From the human T2T-CHM13v2.0 reference genome, Homo sapiens, in NCBI RefSeq assembly GCF_009914755.1, contig NC_060931.1: a DNA stretch of 64,000 bases. The stretch is one strand, 5' to 3'. Below the pieces are notes generated by a model. That model did no database searches. It was not told where the DNA came from and was given only the letters and a program-made list of their open reading frames with translations. The translations under genes were made by a program, and so were the position numbers. Below are positions 43,615-62,400 of the stretch, in pieces (the first letter of the stretch is position 1; each line of letters starts with the position of its first letter).

Positions 43615-44699
43615 TTAACTTAGCTAATTGGCATTCTAGTTTCTAAATCAGCCCTTAGCCATACTTAGGTGTTTGTTATTATTATGGCTACTACTTCTCT
43701 GCCTTCCAGAAGATACATGTAACAAAGTGTCCCCAAAGTCCATACAAGGGTAGTTCTGTGTGTGGTATGCCTGGCATTCCTGGGCATGTGGGAGGACTGT
43801 ATCATTAGCTCCCCTTTCCAGACACCTGCACCTCTTAATTAGGGTAGCAACAAACAACCAGACTCCAGGGCTCCTGGCCTGGACCCAAATCCACACTCAC
43901 CGTTCCCCAGGCACCAACTTGCATTCTCAGATTTGGTTCTGGGTTTGTGTACAAGTTGAATATAAATAATTTTGTCAAGGTACCTTCATATTTTGTTTGC
44001 ATTTTTAAATTCTGGCTCAGAAAGGGAGTAGAGAAAAAGAGAAAAAAAGAGAAATATAGGTAGGGATGATATATGACTGATGATTTTATGATATAGAGTT
44101 GATTTTTTAAAATTGTGTTTGCCTTGTTCACTACAATGGCATTAGGGCTTAATAGAGTAACACATAACAGGCACTCAAGAAATATTTGTCAATTATTCAT
44201 TGATTAATTAGTTATTCATTAGCTATCACTCAACTATTAATTAATTAGTTGTTAATCTAGTTAGGGAAACAGGATGGATATACTTAAATACAATCAAATC
44301 AAAGAATTCAAGTCAGTAAATGATAAAGAGAAAATGAGAGTCTGACCTCACTTCTTGGATTGTAAGTTGTCCGAGAAAGGGTGTGAGCTGGGTGCTGGGA
44401 TTTTAGAGGCAGCTTTCATGTGGGTCTGGAGCCAGAGTGGGCAAATGTGAAGCGGGAGAAGCACCAAGACTGAAGTCACTGAGGCAGGAGGTGCACTACG
44501 TGATGTGGGGCTGGTGCCAAGGAGGTAAGAGAGGGAGAAAGTAGAAGTTTGTGCAGGGAATTGTAGGAAAAGCAAGCAGAGGGATGATTATTGATTCCCC
44601 TAAAATGCTCAGCCAAGCCTTAACTTTATCTTATTGGTAGTAAGATGATATTGAAGGTGTCTGAGTAAGTGCATTAATTTGCAATGAAAACAAAGTTCA

Positions 44700-45000
44700 G
44701 GCTGGGCGCGGTGGCTCACGCCTCTGATCCCAGTATTTTGGAAGGCTGAGGTGGGTGGATCATGAGGTCAGGAGTTTGAGAGCAGCCTGGCCAACATGGT
44801 GAAACCCTGTCTCTACTAAAAATACAAAAATTAGCCGAGTGTGGTGGTGCACGCCTGTAATCCCAGTTACTCGGGAGGCTGAAGCAGGATAATTGCTTAA
44901 GCCCGGGGGCAGAGGTTGCAGTGAGCTGAGATTGTGCCACTGTACTCCAGCCTGGATGACAGAGCAAGACTCCGTCTCGGAAAAAAAAAAAAAAGAAAGA
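44700..45000 (+). mobile_element. AluS
   Basis: Canonical; TSD AAAGTTCA. Confidence 0.95.
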
Positions 45001-45277
45001 AAAGTTCAGGGTATAAATATGCATATTATTTGTTATCACAAGAGCTAATTGTTAACAACATGAGAACAAATGAGTTTTTTTTAAAACCCTAGTAAGATAG
45101 GAATGACCTCTTCCTCCTTGATTGCCTGACATAATCCCCACTGCACAGAATTTTTGTGGGACACCTGCCCCACTACTGCACTTATGCGATTCCATGTACA
45201 TCTGCCAGCAAAAGGCAAACCCCTTTTATGAGAAGGGCAGGTACAGTGTCTCATACAGTTATCAATGTATTCCCAGG

Positions 45278-46175
<898 letters not shown>

Positions 46176-46842
46176 TCAGGACTGAGAAAAGTTTTAGTAC
46201 AGAGAAGCTACTTCATAAATGTTTATTGTGTGTAAGTAGATGAGCAGTTAGTTCGCAAAGCAGCTTCATATGCATTTTATTTCATTTAATTCTTACTTCT
46301 GTCCTGTGAAGTAGGTATTATTGGTTTCTAGGGGAGAGATCAAGCCTGGACCTGGGAGGATGCCCATGTTTAGGGAAAAGAAAGCACAAGAAGAAAATGT
46401 CAAGAGGCCAGAGAGATAGGACGATAGGCTAGACACTGGCGTCAGGAGCCACCAAAGACGAAGAGAGAAGCAAGAGGAGTTAGGGATCGTGGCGGGCAGA
46501 CAGGGAGGGAGGAAGGGAGGCTGAAGACAAAATGGCCATGGATCAAGAGCTGAGGTCATGGACAAAGAACGGGGAGGGGCTGCTTCATAAACTAATCATT
46601 TGGAGAAATTTGACACTAAGAGGAAAGAGAAGACTGGAGCTAAAAGAAACAAGAGTCAGTCAAAGGTATTTTCACCCCAACCCTTGGACATGTTTACAGA
46701 CAGAGAGGAGGGACCAACAGAGAGACGAAAGAGCAGGAAGCAGCGTGAGGTGAAATGAAGCTGAAAGGCCCAGTGAGGGTTCAGAAAGGGACCAGACCGC
46801 GAAGCTGCAAAGATATTTCAGTTCTCCCTCGTGTACACACAC

Positions 46843-46857
46843 TCTCTCTCTCTCTGT

Positions 46858-46895
<38 letters not shown>

Positions 46896-46898
46896 GTG
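46843..46898. repeat. Compound (CT)n(TG)n microsatellite
   Basis: Direct reading. Confidence 0.95.
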
Positions 46899-48329
46899 AC
46901 ATAAATCCATCAAACCTCAGCAGAGCTTGATCAGTGGTTAGACGCATCTATATCACACAGTTTGCTTAGTCCAAACAGCCATTTCTCCCCAGTTATCGCC
47001 AGACGCAGCAATCTCTTTAAAAATATTTTTCCGATCTTAAAAATAGTCTATCCCCCAAGAGAAATCTCTAGCTTCTTGCCTCTCAGATGACAGTCGGCTA
47101 GGCCAAAGCTACAGAACCTCACCCAAAATAGATCAAATATTTTAAATGTTTTCTTATTTGCGCCCCTCACAAGTATGCCTGCAATGCAAAGCCAATTATA
47201 AGATTGGCTTTTTTATTTTTATTTTTCTGAAATGAGTGAAGTGTGTGTTTTCTGGTTAGGAGGGGAGGCCAGGCCTCACCAAACAGTCTTGGTTGGATTT
47301 CAGACAGGCTTCCTTGAGCATGAACGGGAAGAGGAAACGTGCATGGCTGGGTAAGCACGTGCAGACGTGCAGAGCCAAATGGTCTCTCTCAGGACTTGCC
47401 ATCCTGGAGTCCATCTCTGGTGCCTGTCAGAGCTTCCCCATTAGAACAGCAGTTCTCTAGAGGCACACACCGTGTTTCTGATTATATGAAAGTGACAGTG
47501 ACAAGATTAGAACAAGGACAGAACCTAACACTAAGCCTTGCAGGTAACAGATGCTCAGATGTTGAGTGAATAAATGAATGAATAAACAAATGAATAGCTG
47601 AGAAAACTCTAGCCACAGCTTTGCATGACTCAGATACCCATTGGAGACTGGGAGAAATTTCTGGAAACTTTTTGCTTTCTCTAAGCTTAGAGCAAATCCA
47701 ACAGCAATGAATATGGGTGGACTGGGAAGGGTGGAACATGGAGACATCCAGTCATCCTCTATAGCTCAGGAAATAAGGAGACAGAGACTTCCTATAGGAA
47801 GGCTGAGGGGATGGCCAGTCCTGTTCCATGGAAGTGAGAAACAGTACCATTTATCTCAGGAGCTCCTTCATCTACACTGGGTCTTCTCTGATCATGTCCT
47901 CTTTCATTTTGTCAGGTCCTCAGCCTTATTCCGGACCATCAGTGCCCTTCTTCTTCCACCTGCCGCTCCAGGAGACTGGCCCCATCAAAGTGGGTCAGTG
48001 CAGGCTCTCATTTCATCTGCACCCTACTGATAAAACAGGTGGCACCAAGTGCTGAGCAGGTGCTAAGCAGGCTGTGGCTTAAGTTATTACTCCTTAAAGA
48101 GTGACTATTGATGTTATGGTGTCAAAGCCTTTGTACAAATGTGTGACTAAGCTGAGGACCTCACAGTCAGGGCAGGTCCATTCTCCTGCTAGTTGGGCTG
48201 GCCCCAAGTGAGCTACTCTGTTGGCCTGAGGACAAAGAAGCACAGTGGCTTTTCCCGATGTCATAGGAACATCGGAGAAGTAATCTAGAGGACCAGATTG
48301 CTAGTTCTCTGGGGGGAGAATGTCTCATT

Positions 48330-49740
<1,411 letters not shown>

Positions 49741-49963
49741 TCTCACTTAATATTTATAAATATTAATTACCTTTCTCTTTGTAAAAAGAAAAAATGCTCT
49801 CAAACCTTAGTGGCTTACAACAGCAAACATTTGTTTCTTGCTCCCGTCACATGAGGCCTGGGAAATAGTAGCTCTGCTGGTGTTGACTGGACTCACCGGC
49901 CCAGCCCCGCTCCATGTGTCTTCTTATTCTGGAAACCAAACTGCAGAGCAGCCACTATCTGGG

Positions 49964-50423
49964 GAGGATTCGTTTCCTGTGCTGCTATTACAAATTACCA
50001 CAAACTGGGTGACTTAGAGCAATGCACATTTCTTCTCTCACAGTTCTGGAGGCCAGGAGTACAAAATCAAGGTGTCAACAGGGTCGTTGGCTTTTTCTGG
50101 GGCCCTGAGGGAGACTGCACCCCACGCCTCCCTTCCAGCTTCTAGGGGTCACTGGCAAGCCTCAGCATTCCTTGGCTTGTAGGTGTGTCGCTTCCATCCC
50201 TGCCTCTGTATTCACCCCCTCTTCTCCTCCGTGTCTTGTGTATCTCAAATCTCCCTGTCTTTTTCTTATAAGGCCACTTGTGGTTGGATTTCAGGCCCAC
50301 CTGGACAATCCAGTATGACTTCATATTGAGATCCTTAACTATATATACAAAGACCCTATTTCCAAATAAGGTCCTATATGTTTGGATGAACATATTGTCA
50401 GGGGGCACTGCTCAACCCACTGC
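49964..50423 (-). mobile_element. MLT1B/C/D-like LTR nested in an older MLT1-type LTR (~49790-50645)
   Basis: TTTCCTGTGCTGCTATTACAAATTACCACAAACTGGGTGACTTA...CTCAACCCACTGCA; TSD TGGGG. Confidence 0.8.
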
Positions 50424-50749
50424 ATGGGGGAATGCTGTTATCATAGCAAAGGGCAGGTGTTCAAGGCAAAAGCAAACATGTGACGCCTCTTTAAGCCTCC
50501 CCCATGGACAGGCACGCCGTCACCTCTGGCCACGTTGCACTGCTCAAGGCAAACCACATGGTCAAGTCCGCCTACTTAGAGTGCTGCAAGGAATTCCATT
50601 AAAAGAGGAAGTGAATCGGGTAACAATAACCCAATCTATCACAAGCTGTATTGTTTGAAAAGTTAAATAATACTATATGACTTTTAACAAAAGCAGGAGT
50701 CCTCCACACCACCCCTTCCTTCAACTGCCTCTTCCCCTGAGCAATGGCT

Positions 50750-51759
50750 CTCAGCTCCTTCTCAGCCTCCTTTTCTGGGCTGTAAATATTGGGGTGTTAG
50801 CTCCCACATCTCCGCTCTTTTCTGTCTGCACTCCCTCAGGTAACTCATTCCTGGTTTTAAATCCTATCTAAAAACTGAGGATTTGCAAATGTGCATCTCA
50901 AGCCTGGATCCCTTTTCTGAACACCAGATTTGCATATGACACTCCCTCCCCTCTTAACATCTTAACATGCCTGAAATATGTCTAATATGATTTCCACCCC
51001 TCCCTGCAAATGTCCGTCCCCCTCAGGGGTGCCCGTTCTATTCAATAGCACTCCCATTCACTCCATTATTCAGACCATAACAGGAGACACTCTTGATTCC
51101 TCTCTTTTTCTCACAGTCCTCATCTAAGCCATCAGTGAATCTCCATGTCCTAGAATTAAATGCTCTCTCAGCTCCCAAGCACCGCTGCCCTAGCCCACAA
51201 CAGCACCTGTCACCTGGGAGGGGGCAATCACCTCCTGTTTCTGCCTCTGGCAATCTCGCCCCTATTCTAGACAAGGTAGACACAGTGCTTTTTTTTTTCC
51301 TGCCTCAAACTCTTCCAATGACCTTCCATCTTAGAACAAGCCCCGCAGTACTTACCATGGCTAGAAGCCTCTGGATGGCGGATCTGGCCACTGGCTCTCA
51401 CTCCTCCCCAAGTCCCCCTGGGCTCGTTGCTATTTATTTAATATGCACTTGCTGTCTTGCCTTCTGGAAGGCTTTTCCTTCATGTAGTCTCACTGCTTGT
51501 TCCTTGACTTTATTCATGTCTCTGTTGAAAACCTTCTTCAGAAAAGACTACCCTGTTTCTCCCTATTCCTTTACTCTTTTTTTAAATTTTTTTATAGCGC
51601 TTACCACTGCCTGACGTTATATATTCATGTGTTAACTAATGTGTATATCTGCCTCCCTCCATCAAAATGTATCTTGTTCACAACATCTAGAACAGGCCCT
51701 GGCATGTGGTAGAAACTCAGTAAATATTTGTTCAGTGAGTGAATCAAAGAATAAATGAA
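50750..51759 (+). mobile_element. L2 3' portion
   Basis: Ends TCTAGAACAGGCCCTGGCATGTGGTAGAAACTCAGTAAATATTTGTTCAGTGAGTGAAT. Confidence 0.8.
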
Positions 51760-52060
51760 CTTTTTTTTTTTTTTTTTTGAGACAGGGTCTCACTCAGTCA
51801 CTCAGGCTGCAGTGCAGTGGTGCAAACATGACTCACTGTAGCTTCGACCTCCCAGGCTCAGGTGACCCTCCCACCTCACCTACTGAGTAGCTGGGACTAC
51901 AGGTGTGCACCACCACACCTGGTTAATTTTTTAGACTTTTTGTAGAGATGAGGTTTCAGCATGTTTTCCAGGCTGGCCTCAAACTCCTGGGCTCAAGCGG
52001 TCTGCCTGCCTCAGCCTCCCAAAATACTGGGATTATAGGAGCAAGCCACCGTGCCCAGCC
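51760..52060 (-). mobile_element. AluJ
   Basis: GAGACAGGGTCTCAC and CTCCTGGGCTCAAG J-type features. Confidence 0.93.
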
Positions 52061-52865
52061 TTACTGTTCTTTTAGGCATTTATTTCCACGAACCTAAACA
52101 ACATACTAATTCTGCTATTTATTACATTTTCAATAGTAGACATTATCTATGATTTCTTGCTGAAGAAAACGAAGGTTTGGCTCTCCTCCCCAGCATCATC
52201 CTACTAACATGGTCTTGCCTGCTATCCTCTGAATCTAATTACATCATCTTTGTTTTGGTAAAAATCAATGTGCAATATTTACATTCTTACAATTGTGGTA
52301 AATTTTTCTTACAGTTGAACTATATGGTATCCAATGATTACTTTTCCTTTCTTGTACAAATTTTTTTAAATTATAATGACCTCAATCTTACATTTGCTTA
52401 TTTTCTGTGTACTTATTGCAAGTGCTTTTGCCAAGAATACATTGAATAATCTATCTACCTCACTTTTCCTTAAAACATTCCTCCTGGCATCCACTGCTGC
52501 CATCTCTAATGGTTGCTTTCTTAATGAGCCATACAGCTATTGTCCTGGGATTTTCTTTTACCATTATGGGACTCTTTCACCTCTATCCTGGGTTTGCATT
52601 CTCTGTTTCCTGATTTTTGTCCTCCTTCTTGGTTTCTAATTTTCACTCCAAAGTATTATTCCCCCTTTAGGTGAAGCATATAACCTTGGAACTTGATAAT
52701 TTCAGAATGAAATATGTTTTCATTCATTGTATTGGCCCATTGGGCCCTTTGGATCTGGAAACTTGTATCCTTTAGTTTTCAAAAGTCTTCTTTTATTATT
52801 TCCTTTGATAATTTTCTTCTTACTATTTTTTTTCTGTCCTCTTTTTTATGTACACTCAGGTGTAA

Positions 52866-53264
<399 letters not shown>

Positions 53265-53445
53265 TGAATTTTTGTAAATTTCTGCCATCATACTTTTCAT
53301 ACACAAGCGTTCTTTTCTGTTCTCCGAAAGTGCCTTTTTAAAGCCTGATTTTCTTGTTCCATGGATACAATATCTTCTCTTATCTCACTGAGAACTGTAA
53401 TTGTAGTTTTCTCCAAGTTTTCTTCCATTTCCTACCCAACCTCTC

Positions 53446-53448
<3 letters not shown>

Positions 53449-53493
<45 letters not shown>
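53449..53493. repeat. (TG)n microsatellite
   Basis: Direct reading. Confidence 0.98.
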
Positions 53494-53495
<2 letters not shown>

Positions 53496-53554
53496 CTGTT
53501 GTTTGTTATAATCTCTCTTTCCTTAATGTGATGCTCATATTTAAGAGTGAGGTA

Positions 53555-53982
<428 letters not shown>

Positions 53983-54619
53983 TCAATTTCCTGTCTGTGG
54001 GATACAAACCTGATTGTCGGTGTCCTGGGAGCCCTGCAGGGTGAGGCGATTGGAGATGTTCAGTGTTCAACGAGTTGGCTTTCATTTAAACATTTATTTT
54101 CAGCACTCAGCCTCTTCCCTGTTCACTGCTTCACCTGGTTCCTCTGAGCCCAGCACTTCAAAGAAGAATCAGAATAAACTTCAGTTTTCCGTCTGGTTGA
54201 GAGAGAGATGCTCACCTGGTTGTGTGGGGTAGAGGACGCTATCTGGACTTCTAACTATTCCTTACCCAGACTTACAACAAATCTGTTTTCTGCTCCACCG
54301 CCTGTCCTCAGAGGTTCCCAGGGCTTCCATATTCCGAGGTTTTCCCGATTCTGAGGCTTGAATCAGCGTCCTTCTTGCTGGCATCCTAATTCACAGGACC
54401 AGATTTCAGTTTCTCAGCTCTGTTGAGTCCATTTCCAGCCATCTGTCCATTTTCCATAGTCCAAAATTTGCCTAACATCTGGACTTATGCTAATTCCTTT
54501 CAGGTACTCTTTGCTCTTTGTCTTGTAGGATTTATTTATGATTTTTTTATTGCTTTACTATCAGTCTGGAGAGGTTTGGGGAAGCAGAAATTAAATGAGT
54601 GTTCTTATGTGATCTGCCG

Positions 54620-56285
<1,666 letters not shown>

Positions 56286-58949
56286 TATTGTTTGATAAAC
56301 CTGGGTGTTGGCAAAGGTTTTATCTGACTAAAAGAATCTGGCAAAGGGTGTTCTGCTGCCTTTTAAAACTTTCAAATCTTCTTTTCTATTGAATAAAGTA
56401 GGCATTTTAAGGTGGAAGGAGGTATGTTTTTCATGACTAAATGAAGTAACTAATTTTGAATTAAAAAAATGGCCTATTTTTACTTTTCCCAAGTTGACAT
56501 GCAAGCAAAATATAATTTCTTGCTACTGATCTACATGATCGCAAACACTCAGTTGTAACTAAAAAAATATAAAGAATCGTCCAGATATTTCCAAATGTCT
56601 TTTTAGATTTATTATGGTTCGATTAAGTTGATCTAGCCTATGATAGACAAGGAGTCCTTTATCTAGGATGATCCAATTGGGAAATATATTTCACAGAAAT
56701 TTCCTATATAAATCTCGTGTATTTTTAGGGCTGTTTACAAATGGCCTCTGGAAAAAGTAAATACTATGAAAGTAAAATTTCCCATGGCAGAGATTCAGCA
56801 ACATGTATCTTTTTTTTTCCCCCTTCCTTTCTTTTTTAAATTCTTGATTGTTTAAAAAAAGTAAAAGGACAAAGAAAGAAGAATTTTTCAATATCATGGT
56901 ACACACTACATGAAATTTGTTAAATTATTCTTCAACTATATAGTTCCTCCATGATAAGCGTATTTCAAATACATAAAATAGGTTGTGTGGTCACTCATCT
57001 ACTATACCCTATATATGAGATATCCAGAATTTATCTATGGAAACATACTATTTTTTTTATCAAAAGACATAACCCAAAAATATTTAGCCATTTATCTTCT
57101 AAAAACCAGGCAAAATGCAGGTCCCTGCCGTGTTTCCTGTTGATAATATTTTCCCCATTTGTAGCACAACTTTTCTTTCCTCTGGAAAGCTGGTATTTAT
57201 TTTATTCATAGATTGCAAAATTATACCCTGATGCTGTTCCACCAAAGGGCATTATTTATACAAGCAGGGAGAGTGTGGTTTAGGATATAAGCAGCAGCGG
57301 TAATGGAAAATAGCACTTTCAAACAGGCCTCACTGAGTTATGGAGAATACCACCTGGAGATCATGCACCCGGAACGTCTCTGGACACAGGTCATATCTTT
57401 GCACAGACATCACCAATTGCAGCTGTTTTCTGAACTCCTGATGTCTGCCCTACAATATGTTCAAGCCCAGCAGTTTACCAGACTATGTAGTATTATTCTA
57501 TCTTTCCTTCCTGTCAGATATGGGATGTCCCCATCAGCAAAACTGGCCGTGTTCCGAAAATTTATTTCTAAATCATTTATCTGGGATCAGAAGACATTTT
57601 CCCACAGGAACAATTTTATAAACAGTGGTGTTCCACAAATGCCTGCTTGTGCCACAGTGTACCTGAAATGCAACATTGACTGTATGATTCCCACCAACCA
57701 TTATTTATTCTTTTCTCTGGGAAAGTGCATTCCTCTTGGGATGCCTGAGGCTCATCTCTCCCTCTGCCTGGGAGCCTCAGCTATAGTTTTTTGGGCTGTG
57801 CAGCAGTAGCAGTCAGGAAGAGGGGAGGGAAGCAACCTTCCCAAAAAAGAGATGAGTGTAGAGAGTTGATATGGATGCCTCTGGGTAACTTGTTAATGCT
57901 GGAAGGCTGAAGAAGGAAACCAACAGTGCGAACTGGCTACTTCCCAACTGTTCTAAAAGAGGCACAAAGGGCAGGGACATTTTCGTAAACAGAGATCATT
58001 TCTAAGTCACATCTTCATAAACAGGGAAAGGCATATAGTAAAACCTCCCATTTTTAAAGACCAGTATCTGGACTTGTAATTAGCCAGGAAAAATATTGTG
58101 AAACTTCTTGGTCAGTGATGAAACAGTCTCAAACATATAACAATGAGACATAGATCTTGCACCTATCCCCAGGCCTGACAAATAGTAAGTGCTCCAAAAA
58201 AAGGGGATTTCAATTTTAATTAAGTACTAATTGAGTGAATTCTGTATTGAAAAGGACAAGACTATGTGTGGGCCAGTTACCTTAATTCTCATTAGCATCT
58301 ACTAATTCTGACCCTCTTATAGCACACATCCTAACCATGAAGAGTTGGTCGGAGCACTTTCAAGACGTCACCTGAACATTATGTCACCTCTGCGGGATAT
58401 ATGCATCTGTCTACCCCAGCCCAAAGCAGGTGGTGGGTCTCTTCATACCCTCTCTGATGTGCATCAATTTCTAGGAATTTCTAGTACTATCTCCACATCA
58501 CCAAATCTGAGGAAACAAAAGAGATAAGGAGAGGAAAGTGAAGCCAGTGAGGATATCCAAGCCTGTAGGACCTTAGGTTTATTCTGGCCAGTATTACCTG
58601 CTAAAAAAGACCTACGCTTTTGGTTTCCCTTTGGTCACTTATTTTTATAACACATGCAGACGTATTTTGGGGAGGTGTGCCTCTTTCAGGCTAGAATTTA
58701 GTCTGCTCAGCAGACCCGGGTCCTGTCTCCTTCGGGTTTTAGAATTGCATAACAATTTAAACTCATTTTGTATGTGCAAGTACTTTGAAAAGAAATATAC
58801 TATTAAGACTCCCTCTGGTAAGAAGCCTTCCCCACCCCCACGCCCAATAAACTGATCTGTTAACTTTTTGTTTCAGAGACTGTGCTTTCTTTTTATTGCT
58901 GCATTTGTGTTCTACAAGACAGCCTCTTTCTCCAAGATTAACATTTCTT

Positions 58950-59300
58950 ATGATTGTTCCTGACAATGGATTCACTTCCAGAGGCCCTGCTAAGGATAAC
59001 CAAAAAAGGGCATGGAGCAGGCTGGTTTTGGCAGCGTGCACGCAGTTTCAGAGCTTTTTAGGTCTTGGGTTTTCTGATGAGTGATTTCCTGAGCATGCCT
59101 AGGGAATGACAGGCATCTCCACAGGCAGGCTGCATCCACCTTGGCTGGGGTGTCGTCATTGGCTGCCTATTAGAAAAACGACAGGACAATGCATACCACC
59201 GCCTCCCGACTGTAAACATAGGGGATATGTGTTCACTTAGCATGGACTTCTGGGAGGGGCCAAGGAAGGGCGGTCTGGAGTTTTATTGAATAGAGCAGTG
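58950..59300 (+). promoter_or_regulatory. CALD1: CALD1 promoter: CArG box, MCAT/TEAD site, GC box, TATA-like element
   Basis: CCAAAAAAGG (perfect CC[A/T]6GG) at 59000-59009; GGAATG at 59103-59108; GGGCGG at 59268-59273; TTTTATTGAA at 59281; local CpG retention; no recognisable repeats. Confidence 0.8.
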
Positions 59301-59412
59301 TGTATTCGGCTGCCTGCCTGCCCGCCTGCTTGCTCTCTGGCTGTGCTCCTGCTTAAAGAAATCAGTCCTTCCTTTCCGACTTAGTCCTCGGGAAGAAGTT
59401 TCAGACTACAAG
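59296..59412 (+). other. CALD1: Non-coding first exon (5'UTR) of caldesmon; TSS approximate
   Basis: CGGCTGCCTGCCTGCCCGCCTGCTTGCTCTCTGG...GGGAAGAAGTTTCAGACTACAAG matches my recollection of the CALD1 mRNA 5' end; followed by strong donor AAG|GTAAGG (GT at 59413); promoter motifs lie upstream. Confidence 0.88.
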
Positions 59413-62400
59413 GTAAGGCACAGAAGGCTTTCTTTTTTATCTTCTAGAGAGAATCTGGGGACTTTCTCCGGCTTTCAGTCAACATTCCTGGCTAAGGTAG
59501 CTGGAGATGCAAGAATGTTCAAGGCAATAAACCATGCAAACTCCCGAGCCTGACTGGGCTTCACTGCCATACGGATATTCCCGGAAGGCAAACAGGATGA
59601 GATTTCCAGTTTTGTTTTTAGAATTGGGACAAGAAGAGTGACCATATAGAGACTTACATTTAGGGAACACTGGCAACTTTGATTAGGATAGCCTTTTGTT
59701 TAGGACAGCCATATGAGATTATACCTGATATCCAAAGGCCAGTGTTAGCAAGCCTACTGCACCAGACTGCTCACACAGTCTCTTCTGCATCTTTTATTGC
59801 CAAAGATTTGAAGAGGTTTTGCTTTAAAAACAAAATCAACAATCCTTTAGGTTGATGAGAAGCCAAAAGGGAATGATTTTTTTAACCAAAGGCTTTTGCG
59901 TTATAGTCTGCTGCCAGTATTTAAAACTAGACTTCCAGAGTTGCAAGGAAATACGGTCAGAGATGGAGAGATCACTAGCACCTAGCACTGGTTGGGTTAA
60001 TGTCACTGATGGGATATTTGCTAAGACAGAAGATGCCTAGGCTGGTCTGTTTCCTATAAAACCTAATAACAAGAGAATGCATGCGCTAGTGGGTGTGTTT
60101 TTTTAGAAAGCACATTTAACGTCCTACCAAACTATTTTTTAAGAAATCTTTTTTTCTGTTTGAAAGTGTGCCTGAGTGTGTCTAGAGAATCTAAAGAGAT
60201 GTCGATTGGCAATGTGTTTCAGAAAGGAAGGAGGCAGGCTTTTATATCTAGATAGACATATTTGGGTGTCTGAAACAGTAGTACAAGGCAGCTAGTTGGT
60301 AGTAGCCTGGAATTCCTTTTAGAAAGAGCTGATGGCAAGGGGTGGGGGAATTTTAGTGCTGTGGCAATACATGGTCAAAAAAAGTGGATGAGAACAAAGT
60401 GCTTGATATTTATAGATGCCTTCTATTAACAGGACTATGCAGATGGACTTGTAAACTGAAAATCCTTCTAATGTGTTTGTCAAAACCAGACATATACAGC
60501 TAGAACCTGAGTGAAGACTAGATGCTATATGGCAAGCAGGGTAAATCTGATGATTTTTTAGTAGTGCTGGCTATTAAAGACTACCAGCTGCAAATGACTG
60601 ATTCAACTGGATTTTATTCCATGCAATGCGGTAGTTTGGGGTTGAGATTCATTAAATAAAGTTTTCTCTTTGTATTTAGAAGTTTGGGGATAATTTTCTT
60701 GGGAATGCCTATTTCTCCTTCTAGAAGTGATATATGAGAACAGAATTCCTTGTGAATTTCCTTCCCTGGAACAGTTCTGAGTAAGTGTGAGAGAAAAGCT
60801 GCAGGCAAAAGCTATAGTTTAATTACTGTCCTTCCCTCGAAGAGATCAAGTTCCAAACTATTTTCACAGTGTTTTTAATGTCAATCAAAATATGGAGAGC
60901 AATTTTTCTTTTAACTGTTCTCTAAACCATGAAGGGAATGCAGTTTGGAAGGAGATCTATAATCTTGGGATTTGAGGATAAATTCCATTTTGAAACCAAC
61001 ATCTCCGAATCCCTGAAAGTTCAAACTGTGCTATGACCACTCTCTCCAGATCCCCCATCCCCCTTCTCTTGGGCTCCCCACCCCCAACAACCATAAAAAC
61101 ACTCATTTTTTTCCAAGTAACACTTTAGGTGTTCTGCTGTTATAGGTAGAGATAGAGTGAGAGGATTTGAGTTTATGCTGAATTTTAGGCAGTTCTTTGT
61201 GCTACTTCCTTCCTGTTGAATGTTACCTAGAACACATTTCCCCACATAGTGAGGCCAAAGGAGCACAATGAAAGCACAGTAACTTTCATTTCAGAAATAT
61301 AATCACAAAATTCCAGAACAAAAAGTCACTAAGAGTTGATCCTAGGACACACAAGGAATGTATGTACAATGGATTGATCCATAAGTAAAGTGCAGGGTTG
61401 TTTCAAGTATTCGAAGCAAATAGAAGGTGTAATTTAAATCATTCCAGTCAAAAGATTGCCTTAAGTAAATACACAATTCTTATATTAAAGTTAGGAGAAG
61501 GAGAACCAGGCTCAAACTGCAGTTTAAAGGATTTTAAATGAGATACATGAAAGCATTTCCTGACAGTAAGGCAACTGCCTTATTATGAGAATCATTAACA
61601 ATTCTAATTGGCTCCTGTGACTGGCCTGAGAATCTCCTGGTCTTAGGTAGATAGAATAAGTTGATCTTATGGCCAGCCATGTAAAGGTCCAGAATCTAGC
61701 CCAGGTATTCTCTGTTCTGATAAATAAAATGCACCTCAGCAGGCATTTTTGTAGAAACACATGTAATTGTCTCCATTTGCCATTTTCTTGATAGCATGAT
61801 TACCAGTTAGTCATTCCTTAGCAAGACGCAAAAGTGATTCAGAGATGGGCATGAAAAGAGATTTGCTAGTTCCCCATTTGCCTGTAGTCTATCACATGTC
61901 TCAGAAATGTGGTCGGGGGACAGGAAAAATGCTGATAGAGTGGTATGCAAATAGCATGGTAGGACTAAGGAGGAGGTTAGAAAGATGCTGCCAAAGAATT
62001 TTCAGACTTCAAAAGGGCGTTTTCTGCGTTAAGTTCTCTTAGGGCCTGAGAAGATACCATTAGCTCCTTACTGAAAGTCCTTCATCTGTCAGGCTAATCC
62101 AAGTTTGCTATTGGAGAGATGCCCATAAGTCCTGAGTAGATGGGTAGTTTAAAGAGAAACTTTTGGCACAGGCTTAACTTATGAGAACCACTACAACATC
62201 TCAGTTCTAGTATTGGTTCCTCTGCTTAAGTAACCCTGACCTTTTTGAGGAAATCATCAGCTTTTGACTTCATCTGTTGAGTGAAGAACGGACATTGGTA
62301 ATGCTTCTCCGATGTCCCACAGTGGTTAAGACGTCCAAATGAGATGAAGCTGTTTGCTCCCTCTTCCCTGCAGATTCTATACCCTGAACTGCCTATCATT

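Noticed and set aside
51093-51614. 173-aa ORF
   Set aside because: Within a degenerate L2; non-ATG start and no RT motifs retained.
57303-57809. 168-aa ATG ORF upstream of the CALD1 promoter
   Set aside because: No recognisable homology; partly resembles an old DNA-transposon remnant I cannot name confidently.
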